NCBI GenBank assembly: GCA_964462035.1
Contig: CAYXAP010000026.1
Location: forward strand, 4,555 to 68,554
Direction: 5' to 3'
Length of the DNA stretch: 64,000 nucleotides
Source of the DNA: an uncultured Sandaracinus sp.
GTDB taxonomy: Bacteria > Myxococcota_A > Polyangia > Polyangiales > Houyiibacteriaceae
Position 1 is the first letter of the stretch. The number at the start of each line of letters is the position of its first letter. The position numbers and the translations under genes were made by a program. Below the pieces are notes generated by a model. That model had not been told where the DNA came from and searched no databases. It worked only from the letters and a program-made list of their open reading frames with translations. Shown one piece after another: positions 19,166 to 32,197 of the stretch.

Positions 19166-20482
19166 ATGCGCCCCACCCGCGCGATCCACACCATCCTCTT
19201 CGCCCTCGGGGCGCTCCTGCCGCTCGTCCCGGGTGCCATCGCCACCGCCGACGACGAGGACGACCCGATCGCGGAGAGCGAGCCCCCGCACGACGATCTC
19301 GGTGACGAGGAAGAAGCGGAGGCGCCACGACGGCGGCGCGGTCGTCGCCATGACTACTCGCATTTCAGTGATGGTCCACGCCGCGTGCCGAACCCGCGGG
19401 GCGCCTCTCGGGCGCGCGCCGAGTCGCTCGGGCTCGGCACCCGCGACGCCGCGAGCCACGCCCTGCGACGCAGCCCCGACCCGCGCTGGCTGCGCGCGGC
19501 TGCGCACCACGGCCCTATGCCGGACCACCTGCACTGGCCCGTCGACCTGGGCCGCTTCGGTCGCGGCTTCGGCTACGTGCGGCGCACCCGACCCGATCTG
19601 CGCCACGACGGAGTCGACGTCGTCGCCGACGAAGGCTCGGTGATCCGCGCGGTGGCCCCAGGCATCGTCGCGTACTCGGACAACGGCATCCGGGGCTTCG
19701 GCAACGCGGTGGTGATCGTGCACCCGAACGGCTGGGTCTCGCTCTACGCCCACTGCTACCGGACGACCGTTCAACCGGGCTGGCGCGTGCGCGCCGGCGA
19801 GCGCATCGGCTTCGTGGGCAGCACCGGAATCAGCCGCGGCCCGCACCTGCACTTCGAGCTCCGTCGGAACGGTCGAGCGTTCGATCCCCTGCACGAGTTC
19901 GAGGGCCGCCCCTGGATCGCCGCCTATCGACGCTGGCGGGATCTGCGCTCGAGCGGCGAGTACGAGGAGCCGACCGCCCACATCCCGGAGAACACCCCGC
20001 CCGAGCGTGGGCTGGCCCGGCCGAGCCGCGAACGACGCGCCGCGTCCGAAGACGTCGGTCAGGTGGCCTTCCTCCGGAAGCTCATCGCGGAGGGCGCAGG
20101 CGAAGACGAGCTCGAAGAGGTGCCCGGCGATCACTTCAGCAACCTGCTCTGGCCCCTGCGAGGGAGCGCTCGCATCGTGCGCCGACCACGCGGCGTGAAC
20201 CTGAGCACCGACCCGGACACCCCGATCCGCGCCGTGGCCGATGGGCTCGTGATCTTCACCGGCGAGGGCCTGAACGGCGTCGGCAAGGCCGTCGGCGTCC
20301 TCCACCCGAACGGCTGGGTGACCCTCTACGGCAACGCCGAGAGCCTCCACGTGGAGGTGGGCCAGGCAGTGCGCCGCGGCGAGTGGATCGCTCGGGGTGG
20401 TGCGGCCGGCCCGGTGCACTTCCAGCTGCATCAGGGTGGCTCCGAGCTCGACCCACGGGACCTCTTCGTCCAAGTGCGGTGA
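19166..20482 (+). CDS. Secreted M23/LytM peptidase with a second, degenerate M23 domain
   Basis: Domain 1 has HDGVD, YAH and GPHLHFE; domain 2 has RGVNL, YGN and GPVHFQ; signal peptide. Confidence 0.88.
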   Translation: MRPTRAIHTILFALGALLPLVPGAIATADDEDDPIAESEPPHDDLGDEEEAEAPRRRRGRRHDYSHFSDGPRRVPNPRGASRARAESLGLGTRDAASHALRRSPDPRWLRAAAHHGPMPDHLHWPVDLGRFGRGFGYVRRTRPDLRHDGVDVVADEGSVIRAVAPGIVAYSDNGIRGFGNAVVIVHPNGWVSLYAHCYRTTVQPGWRVRAGERIGFVGSTGISRGPHLHFELRRNGRAFDPLHEFEGRPWIAAYRRWRDLRSSGEYEEPTAHIPENTPPERGLARPSRERRAASEDVGQVAFLRKLIAEGAGEDELEEVPGDHFSNLLWPLRGSARIVRRPRGVNLSTDPDTPIRAVADGLVIFTGEGLNGVGKAVGVLHPNGWVTLYGNAESLHVEVGQAVRRGEWIARGGAAGPVHFQLHQGGSELDPRDLFVQVR

Positions 20483-20551
20483 GCCCTCGCCCCTCACGGT
20501 CACGGGCCGTTAACCGGTGTAACCGAGTTCGTGTTACGACGTAGCGGCCTC

Positions 20552-21088
20552 ATGAAGCGTGCCTCCTTTCTTCTTCTTCTCCTCCCTGCCCTGGCCTGCG
20601 GAGACGACGCCCCTCTCGAACCGACCTACGAGAACGTGGCTGCGATCATCGAACGCAGCTGTGGCGGCTCGTCCATGAGCTGCCACGGCGGCATCCGCGG
20701 CAACGCGAACCTCAACTTCGGCATCGCCGAGGGCGAGGGCCGCCCGTACACCGAGCTGCTCGTGGGGGTCGAGTCCTGCGAGTACGACTTCATGCCCCGG
20801 ATCGACCCGGGCAACCCAGAGAACAGCTGGCTCATGGTGAAGCTCGGAGGTGCGCACGCGCCGGACGGCAAGCTGCTCTTCGAGCCCGACCCGGGCTGGG
20901 ACTCGGGCCTCGAGCCACGAACCGACGGCAGCCTTCCTCCTTCGACGTGCCCGCTCACGGACGAGGGCGAGCTCAGCTTCGGCTACTCGATGCCCCAGAA
21001 CGTCGGGGCCCCCGACCCGCTCCCGCAGCGCGAGCTGGACATGATCTACGAGTGGATCCTGATCGGCGCGCCCGGCCCCGGCGAGTAG
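20552..21088 (+). CDS. Lipoprotein, cytochrome c-like with CX6CH motif
   Basis: Lipobox ALA-C; PTYENVAAII..SCGGSSMSCH, IDPGNPENSWL..KL, MP, IYEWILIGA (planctomycete cytochrome c-like layout). Confidence 0.65.
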   Translation: MKRASFLLLLLPALACGDDAPLEPTYENVAAIIERSCGGSSMSCHGGIRGNANLNFGIAEGEGRPYTELLVGVESCEYDFMPRIDPGNPENSWLMVKLGGAHAPDGKLLFEPDPGWDSGLEPRTDGSLPPSTCPLTDEGELSFGYSMPQNVGAPDPLPQRELDMIYEWILIGAPGPGE

Positions 21089-21164
21089 CTCCGCCCCACC
21101 AACGTTGGTGAGGGGCCGATCCCTCGGTAGACTGTGCACCTGCTTGGGATGTGAGGTGCACGAC

Positions 21165-23651
21165 ATGGGTTGGATGGGACGCTGGGGACGCGTGACGCGA
21201 TTGGTGGCGACGGTGGGGCTCGTCCTCGCGGTCGGCTGCGATTGGTTCAAGCCGGACGAGCCGCCACGGGTGGATCCGGGGAACGGGGTGGGCGAGCCCT
21301 GCGACATGATGGAAGAGCTCTGTCGTGAGGGGCTGATCTGCGATCCGATGACCGCGCTCTGCACCGCCGATGGAACGGTCGCCGAGGGCGGGGACTGCGA
21401 GCTCAGCGCCCAGTGCGTGGATGGGTTCTACTGCGGCCCCGAGCGCATCTGCACCACCGCGGGCATGGGCGCCGAGGGCGACGACTGCCTGACCACGGCC
21501 GACTGCGAGAGCGGGCTGATCTGCGCCGCCGGCGCGTTCTGGACCGAGTGCACGACGCCGGGGACGGGCGACATCGGGGCCGCCTGCACGACCGATCTCG
21601 ACTGCGTCGCGGGGCTCACCTGCTTCATGGAGACCGGCGGAGTGGCGATGTGCACCGACGCGCTCCCGGCCACGCCCGGCACCGTGACGCCGCCCGTACT
21701 GCCCGCGTGGCCCGGCGCGACGTGCGCGACCGACGCCACGACCCCGACGGCCTATTTCGAGATCCCCCAGGGCGACGGGATGGACGGCGACTTCTACCGG
21801 CTGCCCTATCCGAACGACGTCCGGCGGACTCCCGAGGGCCTCGATCTCAGCGGCTTCCCGACGCCGGACACAGCGGTGACCGAGGACGTCATCGGCCGGC
21901 ACGTCGCCGCCATCGAGGCCGACCTGGACGGCTTCTCGACGAACCCCGTGGTCTTCTTCCGCTTCTCCGAGCCCTACGACTGGGGCTCGCTGGACGGCGC
22001 CATCCAGCTGGTCAACGTCGACCCCGACTCCCCCGGCTTCGGCCAACAGCTCGGGCTCGCGTGGCTGACCACCGGCGGGCAGATCAGCCGTCACATCTGC
22101 GCGAACTTCCTGGGCGTACGGACCGGCCACGGCTCGCCGCTCGAGCCGGGCACCACCTACGCGGTGATCCTGACGAACACGATCACCAACGAGGGTGGCA
22201 GCGCCTTCGAGCGAAGCGCCGACCTCAGCGCCATGCTCGCCGGATCCGCACCCAGCGACCCCAGCCTCGCCGAAGCATGGGCCGCGTATCGACCGCTCCG
22301 GGACTGGGCGGCAGATGCCGACACGACGGCCCCGGCCAGCATCCTCAACGCGGCGGTCTTCACGACACAGTCCGAGGCCCGCTACGACCTCCTTCGGGAC
22401 GCGGTCCACGCCGCCGACCTGCCGACGGCGAGCGATCTCGTCGAGTGCGCTGCTGGCGCGGCCTCGAGCTGCGACGACGGGACGATCGCGCGCAACTGCG
22501 AGGGCGCGGACGGCACCGTGGTCACCGAGATCCATGGGCGGATCGCGCTCCCGATCTTCCAGGAGGGCACCGCCCCCTACGAGACTCCCGAGCAGGGTGG
22601 ACGACTCGACCTGAACGCCCCGACCGTCACGCGAACCGAAGACGTCTGCTTCGCGCTGACGCTCCCCGCCGGCATGTCGATGCCCGCCGAGGGATGGCCC
22701 GTGCTCATCGCCGCGCACGGCACCGGCGGTTCCTTCCGTACCGCGCGCGGCAGCGGTCTCGCCGAGAGCGCCGCGAGCGTCGGCGCCGCCACCCTCGCGA
22801 TCGACCTCCCCTCGCACGGCGACCGGCGCGGCGACAGCGAGCAGACGCCGGACCGGCTCTTCTTCAACTTCATCAACCCCCAGGCGGCGCGCGGCAACGT
22901 GGCGCAGGGCACCGCGGATCTCTTCTCGCTCGTCCGCTTCGCGGTCGAGGGGAGCATCCCCGCCGGCGACTCGCCGACCGGCTCGGAGATCGTCTTCGAT
23001 CCGGGCGCGATCGTGCTCTACGCCCATTCGCAGGGCGCGACCCACGCGGACCAGGTGCTTCCCTGGGAGAGCGACCTGAGCGCAGCCGTGCTGAGCGGCA
23101 ACGGCGGCGACCTCACGCTCTCGCTGCTCAACAAGACCTCGCCGGTGAACATCAAGGCGGTCCTCCCCTACGCGCTGCTCGACATCGACGGCGGCGGAAA
23201 TCTCCCGGGCGGCGCCTTCCATCCGGCGCTCTCGCTCTTCCAGACTTGGTACGACGGGGTCGACCCGGTGAACTTCGGTCGGCGGCTCTACCTGAACCGG
23301 CCGACGGACGACACCGGCGCAGCCACCCTCCCGGCCCACGTCATGATGACGTTCGGCCCGGACGACACCTTCACCCCCGAGCCGGTCCAGCAGGCCTATG
23401 CGGTCGCCGCTCGTCTGCCGACGGTCGCGCCCCAGCAGGTGGCGCTGCCGCTCACCGCCGTGGACGCGCCGCTGAGCGACAACGTCGACATCGAGGGCAA
23501 CCTGGTCACGATGGGCGTGCGCACTCTGCTGCCGACCGCCGACGTCGATGGTCACTTCGTCGCGCGTCGCACCGACGCCGGCCAGCGCGTGACCGATGCG
23601 TTCCTGCAGGCCGCGCTCCAGAAGATGAGCCCGGCGATCACCGCGCCCTGA
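21165..23651 (+). CDS. Lipoprotein: Cys-rich repeats plus alpha/beta-hydrolase (lipase-like)
   Basis: Lipobox LAVG-C; GxxCxxxxDC repeats; PYPND and LDGFS (lipase N-terminal type); AAHGTGG, AIDLPSHGDR, nucleophile elbow AHSQG, late DGH. Confidence 0.85.
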   Translation: MGWMGRWGRVTRLVATVGLVLAVGCDWFKPDEPPRVDPGNGVGEPCDMMEELCREGLICDPMTALCTADGTVAEGGDCELSAQCVDGFYCGPERICTTAGMGAEGDDCLTTADCESGLICAAGAFWTECTTPGTGDIGAACTTDLDCVAGLTCFMETGGVAMCTDALPATPGTVTPPVLPAWPGATCATDATTPTAYFEIPQGDGMDGDFYRLPYPNDVRRTPEGLDLSGFPTPDTAVTEDVIGRHVAAIEADLDGFSTNPVVFFRFSEPYDWGSLDGAIQLVNVDPDSPGFGQQLGLAWLTTGGQISRHICANFLGVRTGHGSPLEPGTTYAVILTNTITNEGGSAFERSADLSAMLAGSAPSDPSLAEAWAAYRPLRDWAADADTTAPASILNAAVFTTQSEARYDLLRDAVHAADLPTASDLVECAAGAASSCDDGTIARNCEGADGTVVTEIHGRIALPIFQEGTAPYETPEQGGRLDLNAPTVTRTEDVCFALTLPAGMSMPAEGWPVLIAAHGTGGSFRTARGSGLAESAASVGAATLAIDLPSHGDRRGDSEQTPDRLFFNFINPQAARGNVAQGTADLFSLVRFAVEGSIPAGDSPTGSEIVFDPGAIVLYAHSQGATHADQVLPWESDLSAAVLSGNGGDLTLSLLNKTSPVNIKAVLPYALLDIDGGGNLPGGAFHPALSLFQTWYDGVDPVNFGRRLYLNRPTDDTGAATLPAHVMMTFGPDDTFTPEPVQQAYAVAARLPTVAPQQVALPLTAVDAPLSDNVDIEGNLVTMGVRTLLPTADVDGHFVARRTDAGQRVTDAFLQAALQKMSPAITAP

Positions 23652-23682
23652 CGCGGGGCCACCGAGCTCGGCGTGCGACGGC

Positions 23683-24318
23683 TCAGAAGTGAGCCGCCGC
23701 GCCGGCGTTCACGCTGAGCTGCGCCCAGCTGAGGTTCGAGCGGAGATCGCCAAGGGGGCCGAGGTCCGTCCTCGCGTAGACGCGGTGATAGCGAACACCG
23801 ACGTCGGCGAAGAGGCCGACGTTGCCGAAGCGAACGCCGAGGCCACCGAGCACGCCGGTGTTGAAGCCGTGATAGCTGTCGTCGCCGAAGCGCTGCTCGT
23901 CGGGAGCCAGACGGGTGTAGCCGAAGGGCACGATGCCGCGCAGGTAGAGGCCCGACTCACTCGATTCGACGAGCGGGACGCGCACGCCGATGAAGGGCGA
24001 GAGGTCGAAGGCGAAGTCGCGGTCGGAGTAGTCGGAGTCGCTGCTGCCGTAGCCGCGGAACTCGGCCATGAGACCGAAGCGGAAGATGTGACCGCTCGCG
24101 ATACGAAGACCGCCGCCGAGCGTGGGATCCAGATCGAGATCCCGCTCCTCCATCCGCTCACCATCGACCCGGAGCCGATACTGACCGGCGAAACCACCGA
24201 TGAAGTAGCCCTCGAGCGACGCGCGCTCACCGGGCTCGTCGGCTACGGCGGAGCTCGGGGCGACGAGGAGCGCGCCCAGAAGCGCGCCAAGCAAGAGAAC
24301 GATGCGTGTGTAGGTCAT
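23683..24318 (-). CDS. Small outer-membrane beta-barrel protein
   Basis: Signal peptide, about 8 amphipathic strands, terminal Phe (NAGAAAHF). Confidence 0.75.
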   Translation of the reverse strand: MTYTRIVLLLGALLGALLVAPSSAVADEPGERASLEGYFIGGFAGQYRLRVDGERMEERDLDLDPTLGGGLRIASGHIFRFGLMAEFRGYGSSDSDYSDRDFAFDLSPFIGVRVPLVESSESGLYLRGIVPFGYTRLAPDEQRFGDDSYHGFNTGVLGGLGVRFGNVGLFADVGVRYHRVYARTDLGPLGDLRSNLSWAQLSVNAGAAAHF

Positions 24319-24331
24319 GCTGCGTACGGTC

Positions 24332-24347
24332 AGCACGGCACGTGCCA
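24332..24347 (-). promoter_or_regulatory. Putative sigma54 promoter (near-leaderless)
   Basis: Minus strand TGGCACG-TGCC-GTGCT; predicted +1 near 24321, about 3 nt before the ATG. Confidence 0.55.
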
Positions 24348-24509
24348 GCTCGTCGCCCCCGCCATCGATCGCCTCCATCGAGGCATCCCGCCACCCCGCC
24401 GTGGCAGCCTGGAGCGCCGAGCGGCTCGATGACCGGCAGGTGGAGCGGATTTCCTCACCCTCGTTCTCCGCGCCTTGTGCATCGGCGCGGTCTGGTCGAG
24501 GCTGCCCGC

Positions 24510-25304
24510 ATGAGCGGATTCGATCTCGATCGCATCGGCGGGCGACGCGCCCTCGACAACCTGGTGGACGCGGTGCTGCGCGCCGGACAGGAGGCCCTGC
24601 AGATCCAGAACGCGGGCCTCGACGTCGACATCAAGGACGACGAGAGCCCCGTCACCCAAGCGGACCGCGCGGTCGAGGAGATGATCGGCGCGCATGTCCG
24701 CAAGGTCTGGCCCAACGCGGCGTTCCTCGGCGAGGAAACCGGCTCCTCCGATGGCGACGCGCTCCGCTTCGTGGTCGACCCCATCGACGGCACCCGCGCG
24801 TTCATGCGCGGGCTGGATACGTGGTCGGTGCTCGTCGGCCTCGAGTGGGAGAAGGAGCCCGTGGTGGGCATCGCGTTCCTGCCGGCGGCGGGTGACCTCT
24901 TCGTCGGAGTCATCGGCGGCGGGGCTTACGTGAACGGCCGCCCCTGCCGGCTCTCGTCGGTGGACCAGCTGGATCGCTCGCTGGTGGGCCACGGCGGTCT
25001 CGAACAGTTCACCGCGTCCGGCCTCGAGGGGCTGCTGCCCGCGATGGCGAAGGCGACCTTCACCCAGCGCGGGCTCGCGGACTTCGCCAACTACGCGGCG
25101 CTCCTGCGCGGACAGATGGACGCGGTCATCGATCCTGGCGTGAAGCCCTACGACATCGCGCCGGCCGCAGTGTTGATCCGCGAAGCTGGCGGCCGGCTCA
25201 CCGACCTGAAGGGCGAGCGCACCATCTACGGCGGCGCAGCGCTGGCCTCGAACGGCAAGCTCCACGACGCGCTCGTCGCGATGGTCGACAGCGCCGGGGC
25301 CTGA
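24510..25304 (+). CDS. hisN: Histidinol-phosphate phosphatase / inositol monophosphatase family
   Basis: KDDESPVTQADR, LGEE, DPIDGTRAF, KPYDIAP..IREAGG. Confidence 0.78.
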   Translation: MSGFDLDRIGGRRALDNLVDAVLRAGQEALQIQNAGLDVDIKDDESPVTQADRAVEEMIGAHVRKVWPNAAFLGEETGSSDGDALRFVVDPIDGTRAFMRGLDTWSVLVGLEWEKEPVVGIAFLPAAGDLFVGVIGGGAYVNGRPCRLSSVDQLDRSLVGHGGLEQFTASGLEGLLPAMAKATFTQRGLADFANYAALLRGQMDAVIDPGVKPYDIAPAAVLIREAGGRLTDLKGERTIYGGAALASNGKLHDALVAMVDSAGA

Positions 25305-25967
25305 GTGCAGAAGGTCGCGCTCGGACTCGGCGGCGTCCTGATCGCGGTGGCGCTCGGCCTCGGGATCCCGGCACTCTTGGAGCACGCCCGAGAGCGAGCC
25401 GCGTGGGCGGCAGAACGCGCCGAGCAGGGCACGGCCGAGTACGACCCCGCGGAGAGCGACCGGCGCTACCGAGCGAGTCGGGATGCGTGGCAGCAGAGCG
25501 GTCCCGTGGGCCACCTCTTCGGCGTGGGGATGCTGCTCTTCGTGCTCGGGGCAGTGCGTCGAAGCGACTCCGAGAACCGACGGCCGAACGCCGACTCCGA
25601 CAACCGACCGCCGAACGCCGACTCCGACCACCGAGAGCCGAACGCCGACTCCGCCCCCGGGCCCCTTCGCATCGCCACAGCCTTTGCCATCGACACCGCG
25701 CTCGGCGCCGCCATCCTCGCGCTCCACTGGCTCGACGCGGGCGAGTCGGCCGCCATCCGCGCACTCACCAGCGCCGCACCGTGGCTGGCCGCCCTCCCCT
25801 TCGCGCCGCTCGTCGCGGGGACCAGCGTGGGCCTGCGCCTCTGCGGCCTACGAGCCGACGGAGGCGCACGCGCTCTCGTCGCCGTCGCGTTGTGGCCGCT
25901 CGCGCTGACCGGACTCCACGTGCGCGTCGCCGGCCTGACCCTCACGCGTCGACGGACGCGCCCCTAG
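25305..25967 (+). CDS. Membrane protein with RDD-like C-terminus and internal tandem repeat
   Basis: Abuts the hisN stop; hydrophobic helices; RIATAFAID...SVGLRLCGLR resembles the RDD family. Confidence 0.55.
   Translation: MQKVALGLGGVLIAVALGLGIPALLEHARERAAWAAERAEQGTAEYDPAESDRRYRASRDAWQQSGPVGHLFGVGMLLFVLGAVRRSDSENRRPNADSDNRPPNADSDHREPNADSAPGPLRIATAFAIDTALGAAILALHWLDAGESAAIRALTSAAPWLAALPFAPLVAGTSVGLRLCGLRADGGARALVAVALWPLALTGLHVRVAGLTLTRRRTRP
25566..25652 (+). repeat. About 3.2 copies of a 27-bp in-frame tandem repeat built from ccgaNNN subunits
   Basis: gactccgagaaccgacggccgaacgcc / gactccgacaaccgaccgccgaacgcc / gactccgaccaccgagagccgaacgcc / gactcc. Confidence 0.9.
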
Positions 25968-25996
25968 GACGCGCCCGTCGTCGACACCGCCCCGCC

Positions 25997-27145
25997 TCAG
26001 CGGCGACCGCGGGCTCGCGTCAGCCGTGGGCGGACGGTCCGCGACGGCAGCGCGGAGAGCTCCGCCGCCATCGCCTCGTCGCTGGGCCAGGGGCGACCCA
26101 TCCCATAGCTCCGCCGGATGGCGTTCGGGTCGAAGCTCGGCCCGAGCTCGCCGGCCTCCGGGAAGTAGACCTCGACCACCGACTGCTGGCCCGCGAAGAG
26201 GCCTGCGTTCTGAACCGCGTGGGTGCGGATCTGACCCTGCGCGTTGGTCTGGAAGCGGAACTCGCGGACCACGGTGCCGTCGCGGCGGATCTGGCAGATC
26301 TGCTGGGTCTCACCGACGTGCTCCGTGGCGAGGACCACGCCCGAGCCCTCGACGCTCATGGGCACGTTCTCGACGTCCATGACCCAGCGGGTCCAGTAGA
26401 GGTCCTCGTCGTGGACCTCGCGGCCGTCGTGCACCCGGTTCTCCAGGTGCAGCTGCGGCTGCTGGTTGTTCATCACGCGACCGTTGGTGCGGTAGGCGGT
26501 CCAGCGGTCCGCGCCCTCTTCCTTGCAGCGGAAGGCGTAGTTGCCGCGAGTCAGCATCGACTCGGAATGCGAAGCCCAGAAGTAGACCTTGAAGCGACCG
26601 GGGCCGTCGTAGACCGGCATCTGCTCGACGTGCGCGAAGCCGAGGAAGTCGTCGCCGTCGATCTGATAGGTCGTCGTGTGCACCGGCCGGTTGCGCTCCA
26701 TGCCGATCCAGTCGGAGCCGGTGATCACGTTCAGCGTCGCGTCGTGGAGCACCTTGGTGATGTCGTTGCTCTGCTCGATGTAGCTGATGCGCACCCGGTG
26801 CTCGCCGTCGGTCTCGAGCGTTCGCTCGGTCTCGCAGCGGAGCCGCTCGATGCGACCGCCATGGAGGATCGACACCGGGCAGCGCGCTTCGGCGAGCACG
26901 CGCCGGCCCTTCATCCACTCGAACTTCACGATGTCGCGGCTGTGCACGTCCTCGCCAGCGAGGGTGATGGCGTAGCGGACCTGGTAGAGCCCCTTGGGGC
27001 GACGACCGGAGCGGTCGACGGTGGTAGCGAGCGAGATGTCGAGATCGGTGGCGTCGATGGCGACGTCGAGCTCCTGCGCGCTCGCTCCCGAGGAAGCGAA
27101 GGCGAAGAGGCCGATGGAGAGGACGAAGGCGAGGCGGGGGGACAT
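25997..27145 (-). CDS. Secreted hypothetical protein
   Basis: Signal peptide MSPRLAFVLSIGLFAFASSGASA-Q, GGAG RBS, GC3 bias. Confidence 0.75.
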   Translation of the reverse strand: MSPRLAFVLSIGLFAFASSGASAQELDVAIDATDLDISLATTVDRSGRRPKGLYQVRYAITLAGEDVHSRDIVKFEWMKGRRVLAEARCPVSILHGGRIERLRCETERTLETDGEHRVRISYIEQSNDITKVLHDATLNVITGSDWIGMERNRPVHTTTYQIDGDDFLGFAHVEQMPVYDGPGRFKVYFWASHSESMLTRGNYAFRCKEEGADRWTAYRTNGRVMNNQQPQLHLENRVHDGREVHDEDLYWTRWVMDVENVPMSVEGSGVVLATEHVGETQQICQIRRDGTVVREFRFQTNAQGQIRTHAVQNAGLFAGQQSVVEVYFPEAGELGPSFDPNAIRRSYGMGRPWPSDEAMAAELSALPSRTVRPRLTRARGRR

Positions 27146-27370
27146 GGGGGACTCCAGTGATGTGGGGTGAAACTCCCCCTCGCCTTCAGCAGACTCCGTA
27201 CCAACTCGTTCGGCCCGCAAAAACCGAGGCTTGCCACGAATCGCCGTTGTCCAGGGCTCAACAGCCGTTGGCGTGGCCGCAACGGCAGCGACGAGCGCGA
27301 GCCCCCTTCCGCTGAATCGTGACTCAGGGGCGTTGCGCCGGGCCCGGGAGCTAGCTACGGTCCCGGCCCC

Positions 27371-27640
27371 ATGGCTGCGCACGCCTCCACCGACGACGTT
27401 CACGCCGACCCCCAGCCCCCGCCCGGGCTCCCTGAAATTCAGGACGAAGCGGCCGATACCCCGATGTGGGTACCCGCGCTGGGCCTCGGACTCTTCGTCC
27501 TCGCGGCGTTGTACCTGGTCATCTCCGCGGCCTTCGAGGACGTCGACGCCGCCGAGGCCGCGATCGAAGCGCCCGCCCCCGTGGCGGCGCCCGCTGCTCC
27601 CGCAGCGCCGGCCGACCCCCACGGTCACGCCCCCCACTGA
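27371..27640 (+). CDS. Small single-pass membrane protein
   Basis: One TM segment (WVPALGLGLFVLAALYLVI) and an Ala/Pro tail ending HGHAPH. Confidence 0.65.
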   Translation: MAAHASTDDVHADPQPPPGLPEIQDEAADTPMWVPALGLGLFVLAALYLVISAAFEDVDAAEAAIEAPAPVAAPAAPAAPADPHGHAPH

Positions 27641-27715
27641 TAGTCACCCGTCGGGACTCCCGGGGACGAGCCCGGTAGCCCGCCGGATCGAGCCCCCTCA
27701 CAAGGAGAGTCCCCT

Positions 27716-30085
<2,370 letters not shown>

Positions 30086-30103
30086 CCAAAGGAGAACGGA
30101 ACA

Positions 30104-31270
<1,167 letters not shown>

Positions 31271-31289
31271 ACGCACCACCCCTCGAACG

Positions 31290-31323
31290 AGGCCCTCGCG
31301 CTGATCGGCGCGAGGGCCTTTTT
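31290..31323 (+). terminator. Rho-independent terminator
   Basis: aggccctcgcgc-tgatcg-gcgcgagggcct followed by a T run. Confidence 0.88.
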
Positions 31324-31425
31324 CGTGGGTGAGGCGAGACCGAGCGACCGGGACACAACGCCACGTCTGCCCGCTCGTGACCAGGGCGCCGAGTCCCCGG
31401 CACGTCCACTGCAACGGTCGTGCAC

Positions 31426-32196
31426 ATGATTCGAACGACGTCTCGCACGATCTCCGCACTCCTGCTCTTGCTCGGCTGTGGCACCGACTCGACCGCTCCC
31501 GCGGCGACCGCCACGAGCGGCGACACGACGGTGGTCGAACCCGACGGCACGACCACCGAGCTCGACCCCGAGCACCCGGAGCCCATCGACGAGCTCGCCG
31601 GAGCCCTCTCCGACGGGCACTCGCGGGTCGACCTCGGCGAGCCCTTCGCGCGCCCCGAGATCGGCGACGTCGCCGGAAGGCGCCTCGTGCTCGACGGCAC
31701 CGTGATCGAGACGTGGACCTTCGACGGTGACCCTCGGGCCCAGGCGTTCGCTGCGCGCTTCTCGACCGACGGCCGGCTCTTCGACGGCGAGACCCTCCCC
31801 TGGACCGAAACGACGCACGTGTGGACCTGGGGACCGATGGTCATGATGGTCATCGGCGACGAGCCGGGGACCCTCTCGGATCTGGACGCCATCGCGACCC
31901 GACAGACGAGTCACCCCGACGACGAGGCGCTCGTCCTCGGTGCGGCGGAGGTGGAGGCGCGGGTACGTGACGCCGCGCTCGACCGCTTCGAGCTCGGCGG
32001 CCAGCAGCCGCTGATCCTGGTCGAGAAGGAGCGCGTCGTCTTCGGCGACGCGTGCCTCGACATCGAGGGCGCCGCGGAGGTCTGCGCAGAGGTCGAGACC
32101 CCCGGCTGGCGACTGACCTTCGCGCACGGCGACGACCACCTCGTCGCGCACACCGACACCGCGGTCACGCGCATCTTCTGGCGCTCGGAGGGCTGA
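31426..32196 (+). CDS. Hypothetical lipoprotein
   Basis: Lipobox LLLG-C followed by a Thr/Ala linker. Confidence 0.7.
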   Translation: MIRTTSRTISALLLLLGCGTDSTAPAATATSGDTTVVEPDGTTTELDPEHPEPIDELAGALSDGHSRVDLGEPFARPEIGDVAGRRLVLDGTVIETWTFDGDPRAQAFAARFSTDGRLFDGETLPWTETTHVWTWGPMVMMVIGDEPGTLSDLDAIATRQTSHPDDEALVLGAAEVEARVRDAALDRFELGGQQPLILVEKERVVFGDACLDIEGAAEVCAEVETPGWRLTFAHGDDHLVAHTDTAVTRIFWRSEG

Positions 32197-32197
32197 C

